From NCBI RefSeq assembly GCF_001194135.2, contig NC_068990.1, positions 6,922,073 to 6,981,028 on the forward strand: a DNA stretch of 58,956 nucleotides, given 5' to 3'. The notes beneath the pieces are model-generated. The model saw nothing but the letters and a program-made list of their open reading frames with translations. It was not told the origin of the DNA and made no database searches. Positions 12,961 to 25,747 of the stretch are shown here, in pieces. Position 1 is the first letter of the stretch; each line of letters opens with the position of its first letter. The DNA comes from Octopus bimaculoides (Eukaryota). The position numbers and the translations under genes are program-made.

Positions 12961-13494
12961 AACTTCAGTTCAATACCTTTAATCCGCTTGTTCGTTTTAA
13001 TATTCTATGGTTTCTAAGTTCCATCGATTTTGGATGTAGCATTGCCCAATTTAATGATATTTCTCTGTTTTCTATATTCTATTTTTTAGCTTCCATGCAT
13101 CTTAGTTATAAGTATGTTACGATTTATACTTGAGATTTAATGTTTCTATATGTGTTTGGTAAAAATAGACAGGTTGTTGGCATAATGGACAAATCATGAT
13201 AATGTTTGGACCCTACACTTGTGTGTTAATTACCTGGCAGCGTTTCTGTTTTAACGCTGTTGACATCACCAGTTTGAATGGTATTACCCAAGTGTCGAAA
13301 AGATAATGATATCTGTTTGGCAGCAGCGGATGGAATGTATACATTTGATGTGCTTATTTATTTGTGTGGTGTTGATTGTTTCCAGATAGTGTTTCACTGA
13401 AATTCTACTTCTTGTTGGGGTAAAAATGTTTAGGGAGTTCTTGATTTCTCAGTTTTTGTTGCATATATAAAATTCCTTTATTATTCTTTTATTT

Positions 13495-13675
13495 TTTTAC
13501 TTGTTTCAGTCTTTTAACTGCAGCCATGCTGGGGCAACGCCTTTAGTCAAGCAAATTGGTCCCAGGAATTATTCTTTGTAGGCCTAGTACTTATTCTATC
13601 GCTATCTTTTGCCGAACCGCTAATTTACGGGGATGTAGACACACCAGCATCAGTTGTCAAGCGATGTTGGGGGCA

Positions 13676-13717
<42 letters not shown>

Positions 13718-14140
13718 CACACACACACACACACACAAACANNNNNNNNNNNNNNNNNNNNNNNNNNNNNNNNNNNNNNNNNNNNNNNNNNNNNNNNNNN
13801 NNNNNNNNNNNNNNNNNNNNNNNNNNNNNNNNNNNNNNNNNNNNNNNNNNNNNNNNNNNNNNNNNNNNNNNNNNNNNNNNNNNNNNNNNNNNNNNNNNNN
13901 NNNNNNNNNNNNNNNNNNNNNNNNNNNNNNNNNNNNNNNNNNNNNNNNNNNNNNNNNNNNNNNNNATATATATATATATACGCCGAGCTTCTTTCGATTT
14001 CCGTCTACCAAATCCGCTTACAAGGCGTTGGTCGGCCTGAGGCTGTAGTAGAAGACACTTACCCAAGGTGCCACGCAATGGGACTGAACCCGGAACCACG
14101 TGGTTAGTAAGCAAACTACTTACCACACAGCCACTCCTGC
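13495..14140 (-). mobile_element. SINE family A, gap inside its (CA)n tract
   Basis: Reverse-complement tail (13495-13680) and head (13980-14140). Confidence 0.85.
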
Positions 14141-15130
14141 ACCTATATACCAAGCATATTTTGCGCTATTATCCGTCATTGGTTTTCTAATGCTGGTAAA
14201 GGTTATTCTTGTTTAGGGGTTTATATTTTATGGAGGAATTTGTGCACGCATATAGATATGCTAACATACATGTGTGTGTGCGTACGTGTGTGTGTGCGTG
14301 TGTGGGTGGATGAGTGTGTGCATGTCTGTGCGTATGTGAGTGTGTGTATGTATGTGTGTGAATGTATGTGTGAAAATGTATGTATGTATTTACGTGCACA
14401 TATATGATGCATATATATCAGGGTGGGGAAATCATGTATGTATGCGTGTGTCCAAGCCCTTAGCTATATTAGTTCATCGACACCCTGCTAATAAGCGGTA
14501 TTGATTTAGATGTGTTTATTAGTGATTTTCAACATTAATGATATGCGATGAAGTATGTAGTCTGCTTCATACAAACACATACACACAGACAAACGCAGAC
14601 ACACGTTCGGATGCTTAAGCATGTACACATATACTACTGCAGTGGTTGTATGTGTGAGCAGTTACGTACATAACAGAATAAAAGTCATCACCGTAATCCA
14701 GTACTAAAGGAAATTAGTTTACCAATTACTTCTAATTTCTCATTTAACTCATTCTTCCTCTCGAGGTCTGTGAAAAAATAAACAGTATTCTTCTGTACGA
14801 ACTAATCTCCGTTCAGGAACATCCTGTCTATGGGAGAAAGATTGGCTGAGCAGACATAGACTAAAATAATAAACGTTAATTATTAAAAAGTAAATGTAAA
14901 TGGTTTCTAATTCATTATAAATACACGAATTTATAGAATTGCAGTATTTGTTAAATAGCTAAACTTTTGATGTTTGACACATGCAATTTCCGCTGTCGTT
15001 GGAGTTCCATGTATATTCTAATGTGCCGTGAGTTAAACTCTAATTGGTATAAACTATAGTGTGAAAGAATCAGATCAATATGATTACATTCAGTTTCATT
15101 ACATTGAGAAACATCTATATGTGCGTATCT

Positions 15131-15186
<56 letters not shown>

Positions 15187-15691
15187 GAGAGAGGGAGGGA
15201 GGGAGAGAGGGAGAGAAAGAGAGGCCCGGTGTGCTAGTGTATACTATTGCTTTTCGTTAAGTTTCTGATGGCTCTCAATAGAACTACCATCGAAGTCACT
15301 GTTACCATAGAACATTCGGTGGTCTATAACTTTTTACATAATTGCCTTTCATTTTTCTTTAGACATCCTGACTCTTATTCCAATAAAATGATTGCCCTTA
15401 ATTTAAATGCTATAAAAACAATATTCTCTGCAGTTTATATACAGTCCTATGTTTAGGACAGTCAGCCAACTCATGTTGGTAAATAATAATTGATTGAATT
15501 ACTATTTTCTCTTCAAGATGTGGAGTTTCAATGTTATTATGCATTCATCAGTAAAATGTTTACCGCATAACATTCAAGGATTCGTGAGTGAAACACGTGT
15601 AAAAATTACGTAATTTATAATGGTACAATCAAAAATTAAAAGTAACTCATTTTATCTCAGATAATGTACATATGTACATACCTGTGTGTGA

Positions 15692-15735
<44 letters not shown>

Positions 15736-16429
15736 NNNNNNNNNNNNNNNNNNNNNNNNNNNNNNNNNNNNNNNNNNNNNNNNNNNNNNNNNNNNNNNNN
15801 NNNNNNNNNNNNNNNNNNNNNNNNNNNNNNNNNNNNNNNNNNNNNNNNNNNNNNNNNNNNNNNNNNNNNNNNNNNNNNNNNNNNNNNNNNNNNNNNNNNN
15901 NNNNNNNNNNNNNNNNNNNNNNNNNNNNNNNNNNNNNNNNNNNNNNNNNNNNNNNNNNNNNNNNNNNNNNNNNNNNNNNNNNNNNNNNNNNNNNNNNNNN
16001 NNNNNNNNNNNNNNNNNNNNNNNNNNNNNNNNNNNNNNNNNNNNNNNNNNNNNNNNNNNNNNNNNNNNNNNNNNNNNNNNNNNNNNNNNNNNNNNNNNNN
16101 NNNNNNNNNNNNNNNNNNNNNNNNNNNNNNNNNNNNNNNNNNNNNNNNNNNNNNNNNNNNNNNNNNNNNNNNNNNNNNNNNNNNNNNNNNNNNNNNNNNN
16201 NNNNNNNNNNNNNNNNNNNNNNNNNNNNNNNNNNNNNNNNNNNNNNNNNNNNNNNNNNNNNNNNNNNNNNNNNNNNNNNNNNNNNNNNNNNNNNNNNNNN
16301 NNNNNNNNNNNNNNNNNNNNNNNNATATATATATATATACAAACATACATACACATACACATCCATACGTATGTGCATATGCAAAGATAATATCTTAGCT
16401 AATGCTAGCAGCCAGTTAACGTACTGCAA

Positions 16430-16585
16430 CAAAAATATTTGGGCCGAAAAGGAGTGGCAATCCCAGGGTCAAACACCATGCGTGGTCTGGGGATTTATGT
16501 GAGCAAGGGGGCGCTTCGTTTCATGTACTTATCACCAAGATGGCAGCAATGTGCAAGTGAACGGCCTGATGGATTCTGAGAAGTT
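16430..16585 (+). mobile_element. Tc1 transposase DDE fragment
   Basis: Degenerate VKH...VWG and VNGLMDSEK, compared with the Tc1 TVKHGGGSIMVWG and IDGIMNSEKY motifs. Confidence 0.5.
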
Positions 16586-17200
16586 TCAGAATAAAAGACC
16601 AGGAAACTATGCTGGTTCTATGGAGGGCATTTGTCCTCAACTGTCTGGACTACTGCTCTGAACTGTGAGCAGTGTCAAATTAATAGCGAAATTTGAGGCA
16701 GTTCAGCGGTGCTACACTAGGAACATTGCATCAATAAGACAGCTGAGCAATCAAGAGAGATTGAAAGAGTTACGACTCTTCTCCCTGAAGCGACGAGGGG
16801 AGAGATATGCAGTGATTTATATATATGGAAGATCCTAGATGTGTTGGTACCAGCCACCGAACTGGAGGTCACTGTACTGTTCCCAAGGCCCTACTTATCC
16901 CGTCTAGTTTGAGGACCGGGCACGGCTATAGCTTACGATTCAAAGGCCCACAGCTATTCAATATCTTACCCAAAAATGTCACAGATCTACATAGATATGG
17001 GTAGATGCTTTCAAGGCACAACTTGATCTCCTAATATCCGAGGTCTCAGATGAACCTACATCACAAAAAATTTAAAAAAAAGGGTAGTAATATCAAACTT
17101 CCTCCTTTATCAAAATTTAATCACAAAAGAATGGACAATGGAAATGTGATAAATACTCGCGGTGTCCGAGCATAGTTACGGCCTTTAGGCTGAAGCGCGT
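16586..17200 (+). mobile_element. CR1-clade LINE 3' fragment
   Basis: LVLWRAFVLNCLDYCS...EAVQRCYTRNI...ERLKELRLFSLKRRGERYAVIY, characteristic of the CR1 RT C-terminus. Confidence 0.85.
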
Positions 17201-17440
17201 AGCAGAATTGAATATAGGGTCAATAACTTTTGACTACATAATGAATTAATATGGTGTTATTCCAGCGTAGCCTTGACCGTAATGGCTAAAACAAAATAAA
17301 GCGTGAACACAAATGTTTCTACCTATTTTTAATCTGCAAGCTCACTCAGTTATACACCCATACAAATCTTAATTATCAGATGATCAGACATGCATATTTA
17401 TTTCACAAAAATTAATCAGTAAAATTTTCCAATCTTTCAG

Positions 17441-17668
17441 GTCCGTGCAGCTTTAGCAAAGAAAGTTCGAGACCATATGGAAACAAGAAGTGTAACTACA
17501 AAATGTACCTACGGATCACCGAGTCTTCAGAAGTCTACTCACGAAGACTATCATCTCGTCTCCCTACGAATGGCCAGAGTGAGTCCAGGCGATCAAGATA
17601 GCGTTTCCCCGCAATGGGATGCTGAAGAAACGTTATGTATAGATCTGAAAGAAAAAAGTGTACAATGA
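17441..17668 (+). CDS. Probable terminal coding exon of a class B (secretin/adhesion family) GPCR: helix 8 plus cytoplasmic tail
   Basis: Acceptor TTTTCCAATCTTTCAG then phase-0 VRAALAKKVRDHMETRS...EKSVQ*, 75 open codons, Ser/Thr-rich, AATAAA overlapping the stop. Matches the conserved NxE|VRxA intron position of class B GPCRs. No upstream exons identified. Confidence 0.55.
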   Translation, partial: VRAALAKKVRDHMETRSVTTKCTYGSPSLQKSTHEDYHLVSLRMARVSPGDQDSVSPQWDAEETLCIDLKEKSVQ

Positions 17669-18189
17669 ATAAACAAAATGAATTCAGAATTATCTATGTG
17701 TCTTTTTCTGATACTTCATGCACAATCTCAACCTAAGTTCAAATAGATGTTTTAACTATTCTCTGGTGTGTGTGCATATATAAATATACAGAAAGGTGGA
17801 GTTCTATCTCTCACAGAACTTTGAATTGAATATTAAATTTAGTGCCAGTTTTAAAATGTGAGATTTTAACGGTAAATTTGTTTCTCAAAAGTTCAGAACT
17901 TTTCAACATCCAGCGAAGTTAATTAGGAGTTCTTCGCAGGCTATCTAAAATCGCCCATTCACCAACAACCAACTACAGAAGAAGCAGTAACCATGGGTTG
18001 GAGCTAGTAAAAGAGTGAATATATANNNNNNNNNNNNNNNNNNNNNNNNNNNNNNNNNNNNNNNNNNNNNNNNNNNNNNNNNNNNNNNNNNNNNATATAT
18101 ATATATATATATATATAATTCTTTGACATGGATAGTATTGACAGTGACTTCGAAGATTTGTCCAGCTATGCGATCATCGGACACGCGCA

Positions 18190-18447
18190 CACACACACAC
18201 ACACACACGCATATATATATAGTGTGTGTGTATGTTTGTGTGTATGTGTGTGTTTTTGTGTCTGTATTTATCTTCTATCCCCGCCTTCAACTAGTGTTCA
18301 TGTGTTTACGTACCCGTAGCTTAAAAATTCCGACAGAATAAGTACCAGGCTGAAAGAAAAACGTACTGGAGTCGATTCGTTCGACTAAAATCCTTCAAGG
18401 CGGTGTCCTCAGCATGGTCGCAGTCTAATGACTGGAACAAGCAAGAT
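18190..18447 (+). mobile_element. SINE family A tail
   Basis: Homology to the other copies (GTACTGGAGTCGATTCGTTCGACTAAAATCCTTCAAGGCGGTG). Confidence 0.8.
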
Positions 18448-19784
18448 ANNNNNNNNNNNNNNNNNNNNNNNNNNNNNNNNNNNNNNNNNNNNNNNNNNNN
18501 NNNNNNNNNNNNNNNNNNNNNNNNNNNNNNNNNNNNNNNNNNNNNNNNNNNNNNNNNNNNNNNNNNNNNNNNNNNNNNNNNNNNNNNNNNNNNNNNNNNN
18601 NNNNNNNNNNNNNNNNNNNNNNNNNNNNNNNNNNNNNNNNNNNNNNNNNNNNNNNNNNNNNNNNNNNNNNNNNNNNNNNNNNNNNNNNNNNNNNNNNNNN
18701 NNNNNNNNNNNNNNNNNNNNNNNNNNNNNNNNNNNATTTATAGGCGTGCAAAAAGCAATATAAGTTATTGATTAATTATTAAGTCTATTTTAATTTGTTG
18801 AGAATCGAACACAAGTTCAATACTTCTAAATTATTGAATATTTCAATTTTCCTTGTGTTTCGTTGCTGGATGCCATGCTATTCACCTTTAAATGAAAAAT
18901 TCAAGACGTTTTTTTGTTGAGCGATTTCCACGTAACATCCTGTATAAATAAAAAACCTCTGCCATTACGCTTAATAGAGAATTTGAAAATAAACAGCCTT
19001 AACTTATTACAGGATATTTATCCTCTACACTGATGATGATTTTGCTGTTGTTGTTGCAAAACGAAAATGTAGAATTTTCATTCTAATTACTAGGTCTGAA
19101 TCTCTTGTGCTAAATGTGATTAATTTTGTAGCGGTACAATATTCGTGATGACAGCAGAGGAACTGCAGTGAAATAATATTATTAGATTTTGTTTCTTAAA
19201 GAAAGTTTTGACATAAAATAAAGCAAACAAAGATATGTGTTAGCTTCAATCTAAGACATTTTATTAAAATTAGCTTCCATCGGGTTTCCATTCAACAATG
19301 CAAGATTTGCATAGATAATCCACAACTAGAGGGGAACAACTATATTTCCATAATGGAGATTACACAGCAGTTGGCATTGAAACAAATCCATTTGCTAAAA
19401 CATTAAGCTGCTATTTAAAAATACTATTTTATTTTATAAAATGGATTATTTTATTTAAGAATATATTAAATACAGTGGAAACGGATGACACATTTCGAAT
19501 GGGGGTTACACAAAACATAGCAATAAAATGCAGGTGGGATTTTGGCATTAACGAATAAAATATTCTAATTAAACAGCTGTAGTTCGATTCATATAAACAC
19601 ACCCACACCCTTACACACATACACACTTTTTCTCTCTCTCTTACACACACACAGACTACATAAAATGGTAAGTAAGGCGGTCGAGTTGTTAACGAAATGT
19701 CGAAAATATAACAGAACTCAACGACTTCATACACTGCGCAGCTATGTTGCTGTAGAAATTCTTGGAGGTTAAAATCATGAGTCA

Positions 19785-20445
19785 AAGATCCATGGTGGAC
19801 ATAGAGACTTGGGAATCAAATTAAACAGCTCAGTAAAGATCTTGAAAAAAGTAAAGGAAATAACTGAAAAGAAGATAGTCACAGACAGTGATAGAACTGA
19901 GAACCATGGGTAGTACATTAGACACAAAAGGACTTCCGGAAGCTAGCAAAAGAAAACTAGATAACAACAAAGAATAAGCTAATAGCAGAACAGGTTCTTC
20001 AGAAACAAGGAAAAGAGTGTTTATCAATAATAATAAACATCTGGGAAATGACGTGCCAAATGCCGAAATACTTGATATTTGGAACGAAGAGTTTTAAGAT
20101 AGTAGGAAGTGGACTGGTTTCGGATATTTAAATGTGAAATGGTAAATAGATCAAAACAAGGGAATATAATATCAGAAATAAAAAAAGTGACAAATATGCT
20201 TAAGAAAATGTTAAATTGGAATGCCCCTGCGTTAGTTTGTGTTCGGGGATTCTGATTTCAAATCTCTCTCGCATTCACAGCTATATGCAACCGTTTCGTA
20301 TTGATTGTATAGAAAATATATACTGTAATCGATGACAAAAGAAAAGACAGTGCTAATACAGAAGGAGAAACAAAAATGGGTAGAAAGATGAGGAATTATC
20401 GGCCTGTTACATGCTTATCATCACTCTTGAAATTATTAACTGGCG
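19785..20445 (+). mobile_element. Decayed R4/Dong-like LINE, region N-terminal to and entering the RT domain
   Basis: LKKMLNWNAP and KTVLIQK...RNYRPVTCLSSLLKLLTG (RT subdomains 0-1). Confidence 0.7.
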
Positions 20446-20599
20446 CTAAAAGCAAAACAAAATGGAGAGAATGTTATCAAAGCAGTGAATTTATGGGCCA
20501 TACCAATATTATGCCAGGTAGGCGGAAAAGTCTAACCCTATCTTCGGTCCACCGACCGCCCCAAACAGTTAGGAAAAGTGCCAATAAAAACACACACAC

Positions 20600-21640
20600 A
20601 TCTGCTTGGTAACGAGTAGCATTCACCCATCCCAACCTGCTTAAGACAGAATGGTGGCTTTATTCCTACGTTACGCCTCAGCCACCCAGGTCCATCGAAC
20701 GGCTTTTGTCCTCTCATGCCTTAGAGCATACTTCGTAACCCTGCTAATACATCATTTGTGCTTAGTGTTGAAGAAGTGGTAATGAATCTGTCTTGCTACA
20801 AGCTCATCAGTTGCAATATTTTTCCTCAGCGCCTCTTCTAGGTTAACTAGCTAGATCTTCTACTCTAAAATACTCTAGCCTTATCGACTCCAATCTAATA
20901 GCCCTTTCTCAGGTCTAATCATCATCGGTTGTTGACGATTACTTAACGTGTTCCCTAATACGGTCTCTGTAAACTTGGTGTACTAGGAAAGACGCATTCA
21001 ATTTCCAGTAACCCGGTCCCTATCAATGCAGCCTATTTAGGTCGACCTTACATATTACAAATTTGTGGTCCCTGTAGCCAATATATGTAAATTGTGGATA
21101 CACTATGTTCTCTCTATCCATTAGCCTACAAAGTACTCTATTTTACGATCTGCATGACCCGATGTTTTTTACCCATGTTATCATTGGCGTCTGTACCGAT
21201 CAGCCTTTTCAAAACGACTGAGTAAGTTTACATTGCTTTTATATCCCTCTCCTATTAGCTAACCCCAAAGAATCCAGATTTGCCCCAGAGTTGGTGTTCA
21301 GATCGCTCACAGCAGTAAAGAGTGGAACGTTCCCGGGAAAACCTGCAGATGCCTGAAAAAATCTGGATCCCACCAGTCATTACATACGCGGTGACTAGTT
21401 TATAAGCACAACCTTCGCTACTGCTCATGCCCAGGACTATTAACATATCGCCCGCATTCAGCAAGACCAATGTATCTCGCGGCCCAGGATTTACCGAAAC
21501 AGCCCTCACCCCATTACGGAGCAATGCGAAGATCTCAATGTCTCCAGAAACCGATGCAAAGGTGGGTGTGTTGGGAATACTAATCTCGCCGATGGATATC
21601 ACATCTTAACCTAGCGACCTGATGCCAGTGAGCAGGTGAC
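20600..21640 (-). mobile_element. L1/Tx1-clade LINE fragment, AP endonuclease and linker
   Basis: Peptides DIEIFALLRNG, YKLVTAY and GYWKLNASFL, with the downstream FFNTKHK...RRNKATI helical linker. Confidence 0.75.
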
Positions 21641-23310
21641 CTTGCTTCCTAGTTGACTAAAAATGACATGCATTTATAAACCCTTCTCGCATTCTTTGCG
21701 TTGTCATATTGGTAGAACAGAAGGGAAAAATGAAACGACATACCTACCCATTTCGTGGTCCCGGAGACCGGCTGACCCAGGTACCGGGTGACTCGATTTT
21801 AATGAAATTTTAACGTTCCTTTAGAATGTCCTTAATGAACCTATTACTAGTCCTTACGCCGGAGCTTTCCACATCATTGGAGAACTTATCCCTCATTGTT
21901 TTGTATGTCTCTGAGTCCAGCTTTATTTTCAAATATTTTTTTTTTCATCTAAAAAGTGCTGCTCCTAAAGACTAATGATAGAATTTGTGAGACATTGTTC
22001 CTTCAAACAACGCCCGGACCACTGTCACTCACAGAAATATGGCAGTCGTTGGTATTCACACGCCCATGTGTCAATGGAGTGCGAACAATACTAAGACTCA
22101 TAGCCGTAGACTATGAGTCTTCAGTTGACACTCATAGTCGAAAACTCTTCCTTGGAAAAACCTGAGAATCATCAATTCAGTCAACTGAATTTCTCCCCGA
22201 ATGTGACATGTATTATAATCTACTTATCCTGGAAGAATGAAAGACAGTGTGACCTCGGCAGGATTTGAACATAAAGAGTCGCAACTAATTACCTCAATAA
22301 ATGTTGCCCTGTTACCTAAACTGCTATCTTTTACGTCGTCGCAGTTGGTGGATTAAGTTAATGAGACGTAATCTACAAGATTTGAAGAAGAAAAGGCAAC
22401 ACAGAATCTGCAACATGACAAAATGGCTAAGTGCATTAAAGAAATTGATATACTAACTTTACAAAGAATTATTTTCTGAATGTTATTTTAATCTTTGAAT
22501 TCAATTAACTTTCGAGACATTTTCTGCGGACGTCAATGTCAAAGTGTGAAGCACCTCATTAAAATAAAGTCTTGTAATAGAATATTTAATATTTTACTAG
22601 CAGACCAAACATGTAATCAATAAAATGGTTCAACTTTCAATGATGCTTCTAGACGTATACTACACAGCTGGCATAGAGACCACCAGAACAGAAAGTTATA
22701 TTCGCCTCTAAAACTGCAGCAATGTTGTTTCAATGAAGATTCGTGTAGCAATTTTTTCAAACCAAAACGAAGGGAAAATATCGGATGATACAGAATTAGA
22801 TTTCTTTATTGATTATGGAAGCGTGAAAGAAATCATTGTAGATAATTAAATTTTCTTGGGTTACACTTACTGGACAGGTAGACGAAACTTAAAGCCTCAA
22901 GGGAGCTTCCAATTTCATGTCAGATACTGAGATCCAGGCAATATGTTCAAGCTGAATTTGAAGTAGTTTCTCCTAGCACTTACACAGAAGGCATCGAGTG
23001 AATGTTAATTATAAACTATGTTGGAATGATTTCCCTGTATGAATGTTTTTTAAAGTTTTATATAACAGTGAATGGCATGCAGCAGTTTAATACAATTTAG
23101 AAGTTGTGTTAAACAATTGGGTCTGATTTATTTGCTTAACAGGAAACAAATTTCTATGAAGGACGAATACAGTCAATTGAATCAACTTTCCGCAGTTTAT
23201 TACAGGTATTTTACACAAGCTTATGAGATAAAAATCAAAGTCGACCCAAAAGAATCTGGTTTCATAATATAAGAACAACAATAAATACTGTAAGAAGCCG
23301 GCACTCAAAT

Positions 23311-23551
23311 ATTTTTCGTGTTCGGCTATTTCATTTTCTTCAACCAAAATAATACACTCGTCTGAATATATGAATATAAAAATATAAATTTTGTATTCAT
23401 ATATTGTACAACAGTAGTTGTTTTTGATACGTAACCTTTATATTCCATATTCATATCGGTAACTATAAATACATAACTTCATATACTTACATACATATAT
23501 ACACATATATAGACATGTATATGAATGTATGTGTGTATGTATACATATATA

Positions 23552-23609
<58 letters not shown>

Positions 23610-23830
23610 NNNNNNNNNNNNNNNNNNNNATTTTTCGTGTTCGGCTATTTCATTTTCTTCAACCAAAATAATACACTCGTCTGAATATATGAATATAAAA
23701 ATATAAATTTTGTATTCATATATTGTACAACAGTAGTTGTTTTTGATACGTAACCTTTATATTCCATATTCATATCGGTAACTATAAATACATAACTTCA
23801 TATACTTACATACATATATACACATATATA
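23311..23830. repeat. About 200-bp direct duplication (23311-23510 and 23630-23830) across a 20-N gap
   Basis: The two copies read identically from ATTTTTCGTGTTCGGC to ACACATATATA. Confidence 0.9.
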
Positions 23831-24504
23831 CACTACACACACACATATATGTGTGTGTAGTGTAGACTCACACGTGTATACACTTTGCAACGCGGTGTTT
23901 TCAAAATGAATTTGTTTACCCTGTAATCAAAATACGAGAGTTATCTGAAAAATATAAATAATATATCATTAATCGATCATTTTGTCTTTCATAATTCTAA
24001 CGTGTATCATACAGGATAATTGCGAATGCTGCATCTTTTCTCGAAATATATTGAATTAAAAAGAAAAATGTCTGACAATGTCGATCTCATCATTCTATCT
24101 AATTCACGTTTTGAGAAGAGACATAAATATCTAGGCAGCAGTTAGATGACTACATTAGAGCGAGCAGTAGCGAGTTAGAGATATATAACGTTATATATTT
24201 TACTAATTTATTGACGAATTGGAAATATGAGTGTGATTATTTGTGGTACTGGTGTTCGAAACACACTTGAAGTGCCTACATGAACAAAATAAGAGAATTA
24301 ACAATAATATATTAGTAATTGAACTTCAGTGGATACAATATAAAGGATCACTGAAGTTAGATGTGTATATTAAAATTCATATAATGGTGTAGTTATAGCC
24401 TGCTACATTTCCTATTTGCATGTATTCACAGAAACATACACATACTGCATACATGTTTATGTGTGTGTGTGTGATGTATGCAACTGTACAATTTATATTC
24501 TTTT

Positions 24505-24715
24505 ATACTCTAGGCACAAGGCCCGAAATTTTGGGAGAGGGGGGGCCAGTCGATTAGATCGACCCCAGTATGCAACTGGTACTTAATTTATCGACCCCGA
24601 AAAGATGAAAGACAAAGTCAACCACAGCGGAATTTGAACTCAGAAAGTAAAGACAGACGAAATACCACTAAGCATTTCGCCCGTCGTGCTAACGATTTTG
24701 CCACCTCACCGCCCT
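24505..24715 (-). mobile_element. SINE family B, near-complete copy
   Basis: AGGCACAAGGCCCGAAATTTTGGG...ATCGACCCC...GAATTTGAACTCAGAA...GCTAACGATTTTGCC, shared with 32940 and 51465. Confidence 0.85.
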
Positions 24716-25435
24716 GTATAATTTATATTTTATGAAAACACAGCGTGGATTAGAAAATTTATCATAGATTTAAGGTACATAAGCTACCTTGAAATAGTTA
24801 ATCCCGTCTACAGTGTTGATAGTAAACTAATTTGGATAATTGTATTGTCTCCACATGCAGAAAATAAGACATATCCTGACATGATTCGTAGCTGGTCGGC
24901 CACTTTTCAGAATACAAGTATTTCTCTCCGTCTAATTTAACCTGATAGCGAATGCTATTTAAATTAAACACAATTCATGAATTAATTGAAGTGTAAAGAC
25001 TAATTTACATATCAGACATTGGTCGACGGCTTGATTGAATATTTTATACACGGACAGCGTGTATTAAAATGTCTTCATAACAGAACTTCATCTCAATGCA
25101 TAAGATTTGGGAAACAGTATTACAAAGCTTCAGTTTGAAAAAAGCATTTGGAGCAATATTTGACACATAAAAATTTCGTGAAAGACCACCATGTGGGTGT
25201 GTTTCTTTGTCTATATATGTAAATCAAATAAACAGTGGCATATATGTTCCTAAAGCGATGCATCTCACCAGGGGGATGTAGTTCAATGACTGGAGCTTAG
25301 CTGATAACTAAGTATCAATAAATGAGTCCTACATTAACTGTTGAAGATGGTGTCCTAGCATAGCTGCAATTCAGAGATTGTAGCTTGTAAAAGAATATAC
25401 ATACATGCATACATACATGCATTCAAATATTTTGG

Positions 25436-25599
25436 TGCAGGCGTGACTGTGTGGTAAGAAACCTGCTTCCCAACCACGTGGTTCCGGGTTTAGTCCTACT
25501 GCGTGACATCTTGAGCAAGTGTTTTCTGCTATAGGCTCGGGTTGACCAAAGCCTTGCGAATGGATTTGGTAGACAGAAGCTGAAAGAAGACGTTGTGTA

Positions 25600-25615
<16 letters not shown>
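25436..25615 (+). mobile_element. SINE family A head
   Basis: GCAGGCGTGACTGTGTGGTAAGAAACCTGCTTCCCAACCAC. Confidence 0.85.
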
Positions 25616-25630
<15 letters not shown>

Positions 25631-25747
25631 GTATATATATANNNNNNNNNNNNNNNNNNNNNNNNNNNNNNNNNNNNNNNNNNNNNNNNNNNNNNNNNNN
25701 NNNNNNNNNNNNNNNNNNNNNNNNNNNNNNNNNNNNNNATATATATA

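Noticed and set aside
13225-13245. TTACCTGGCAG, matching the U1 snRNA 5' end
   Set aside because: Only 11 nt match, with no downstream U1 structure.
13130-13440. Minus-strand peptide with CPLCQQP, possibly a gag/ORF1 zinc knuckle
   Set aside because: Too decayed to assign to any family.
15518-15590. Possible TM7 exon (NIQGF followed by GTGAGT)
   Set aside because: The GPCR-like words fall in different frames and the rest does not resemble TM7; likewise IFHC at about 6690 runs into a stop.
17621-17640. CTGAAGAAACGTT
   Set aside because: No helix II, and it lies inside the GPCR exon; chance match.
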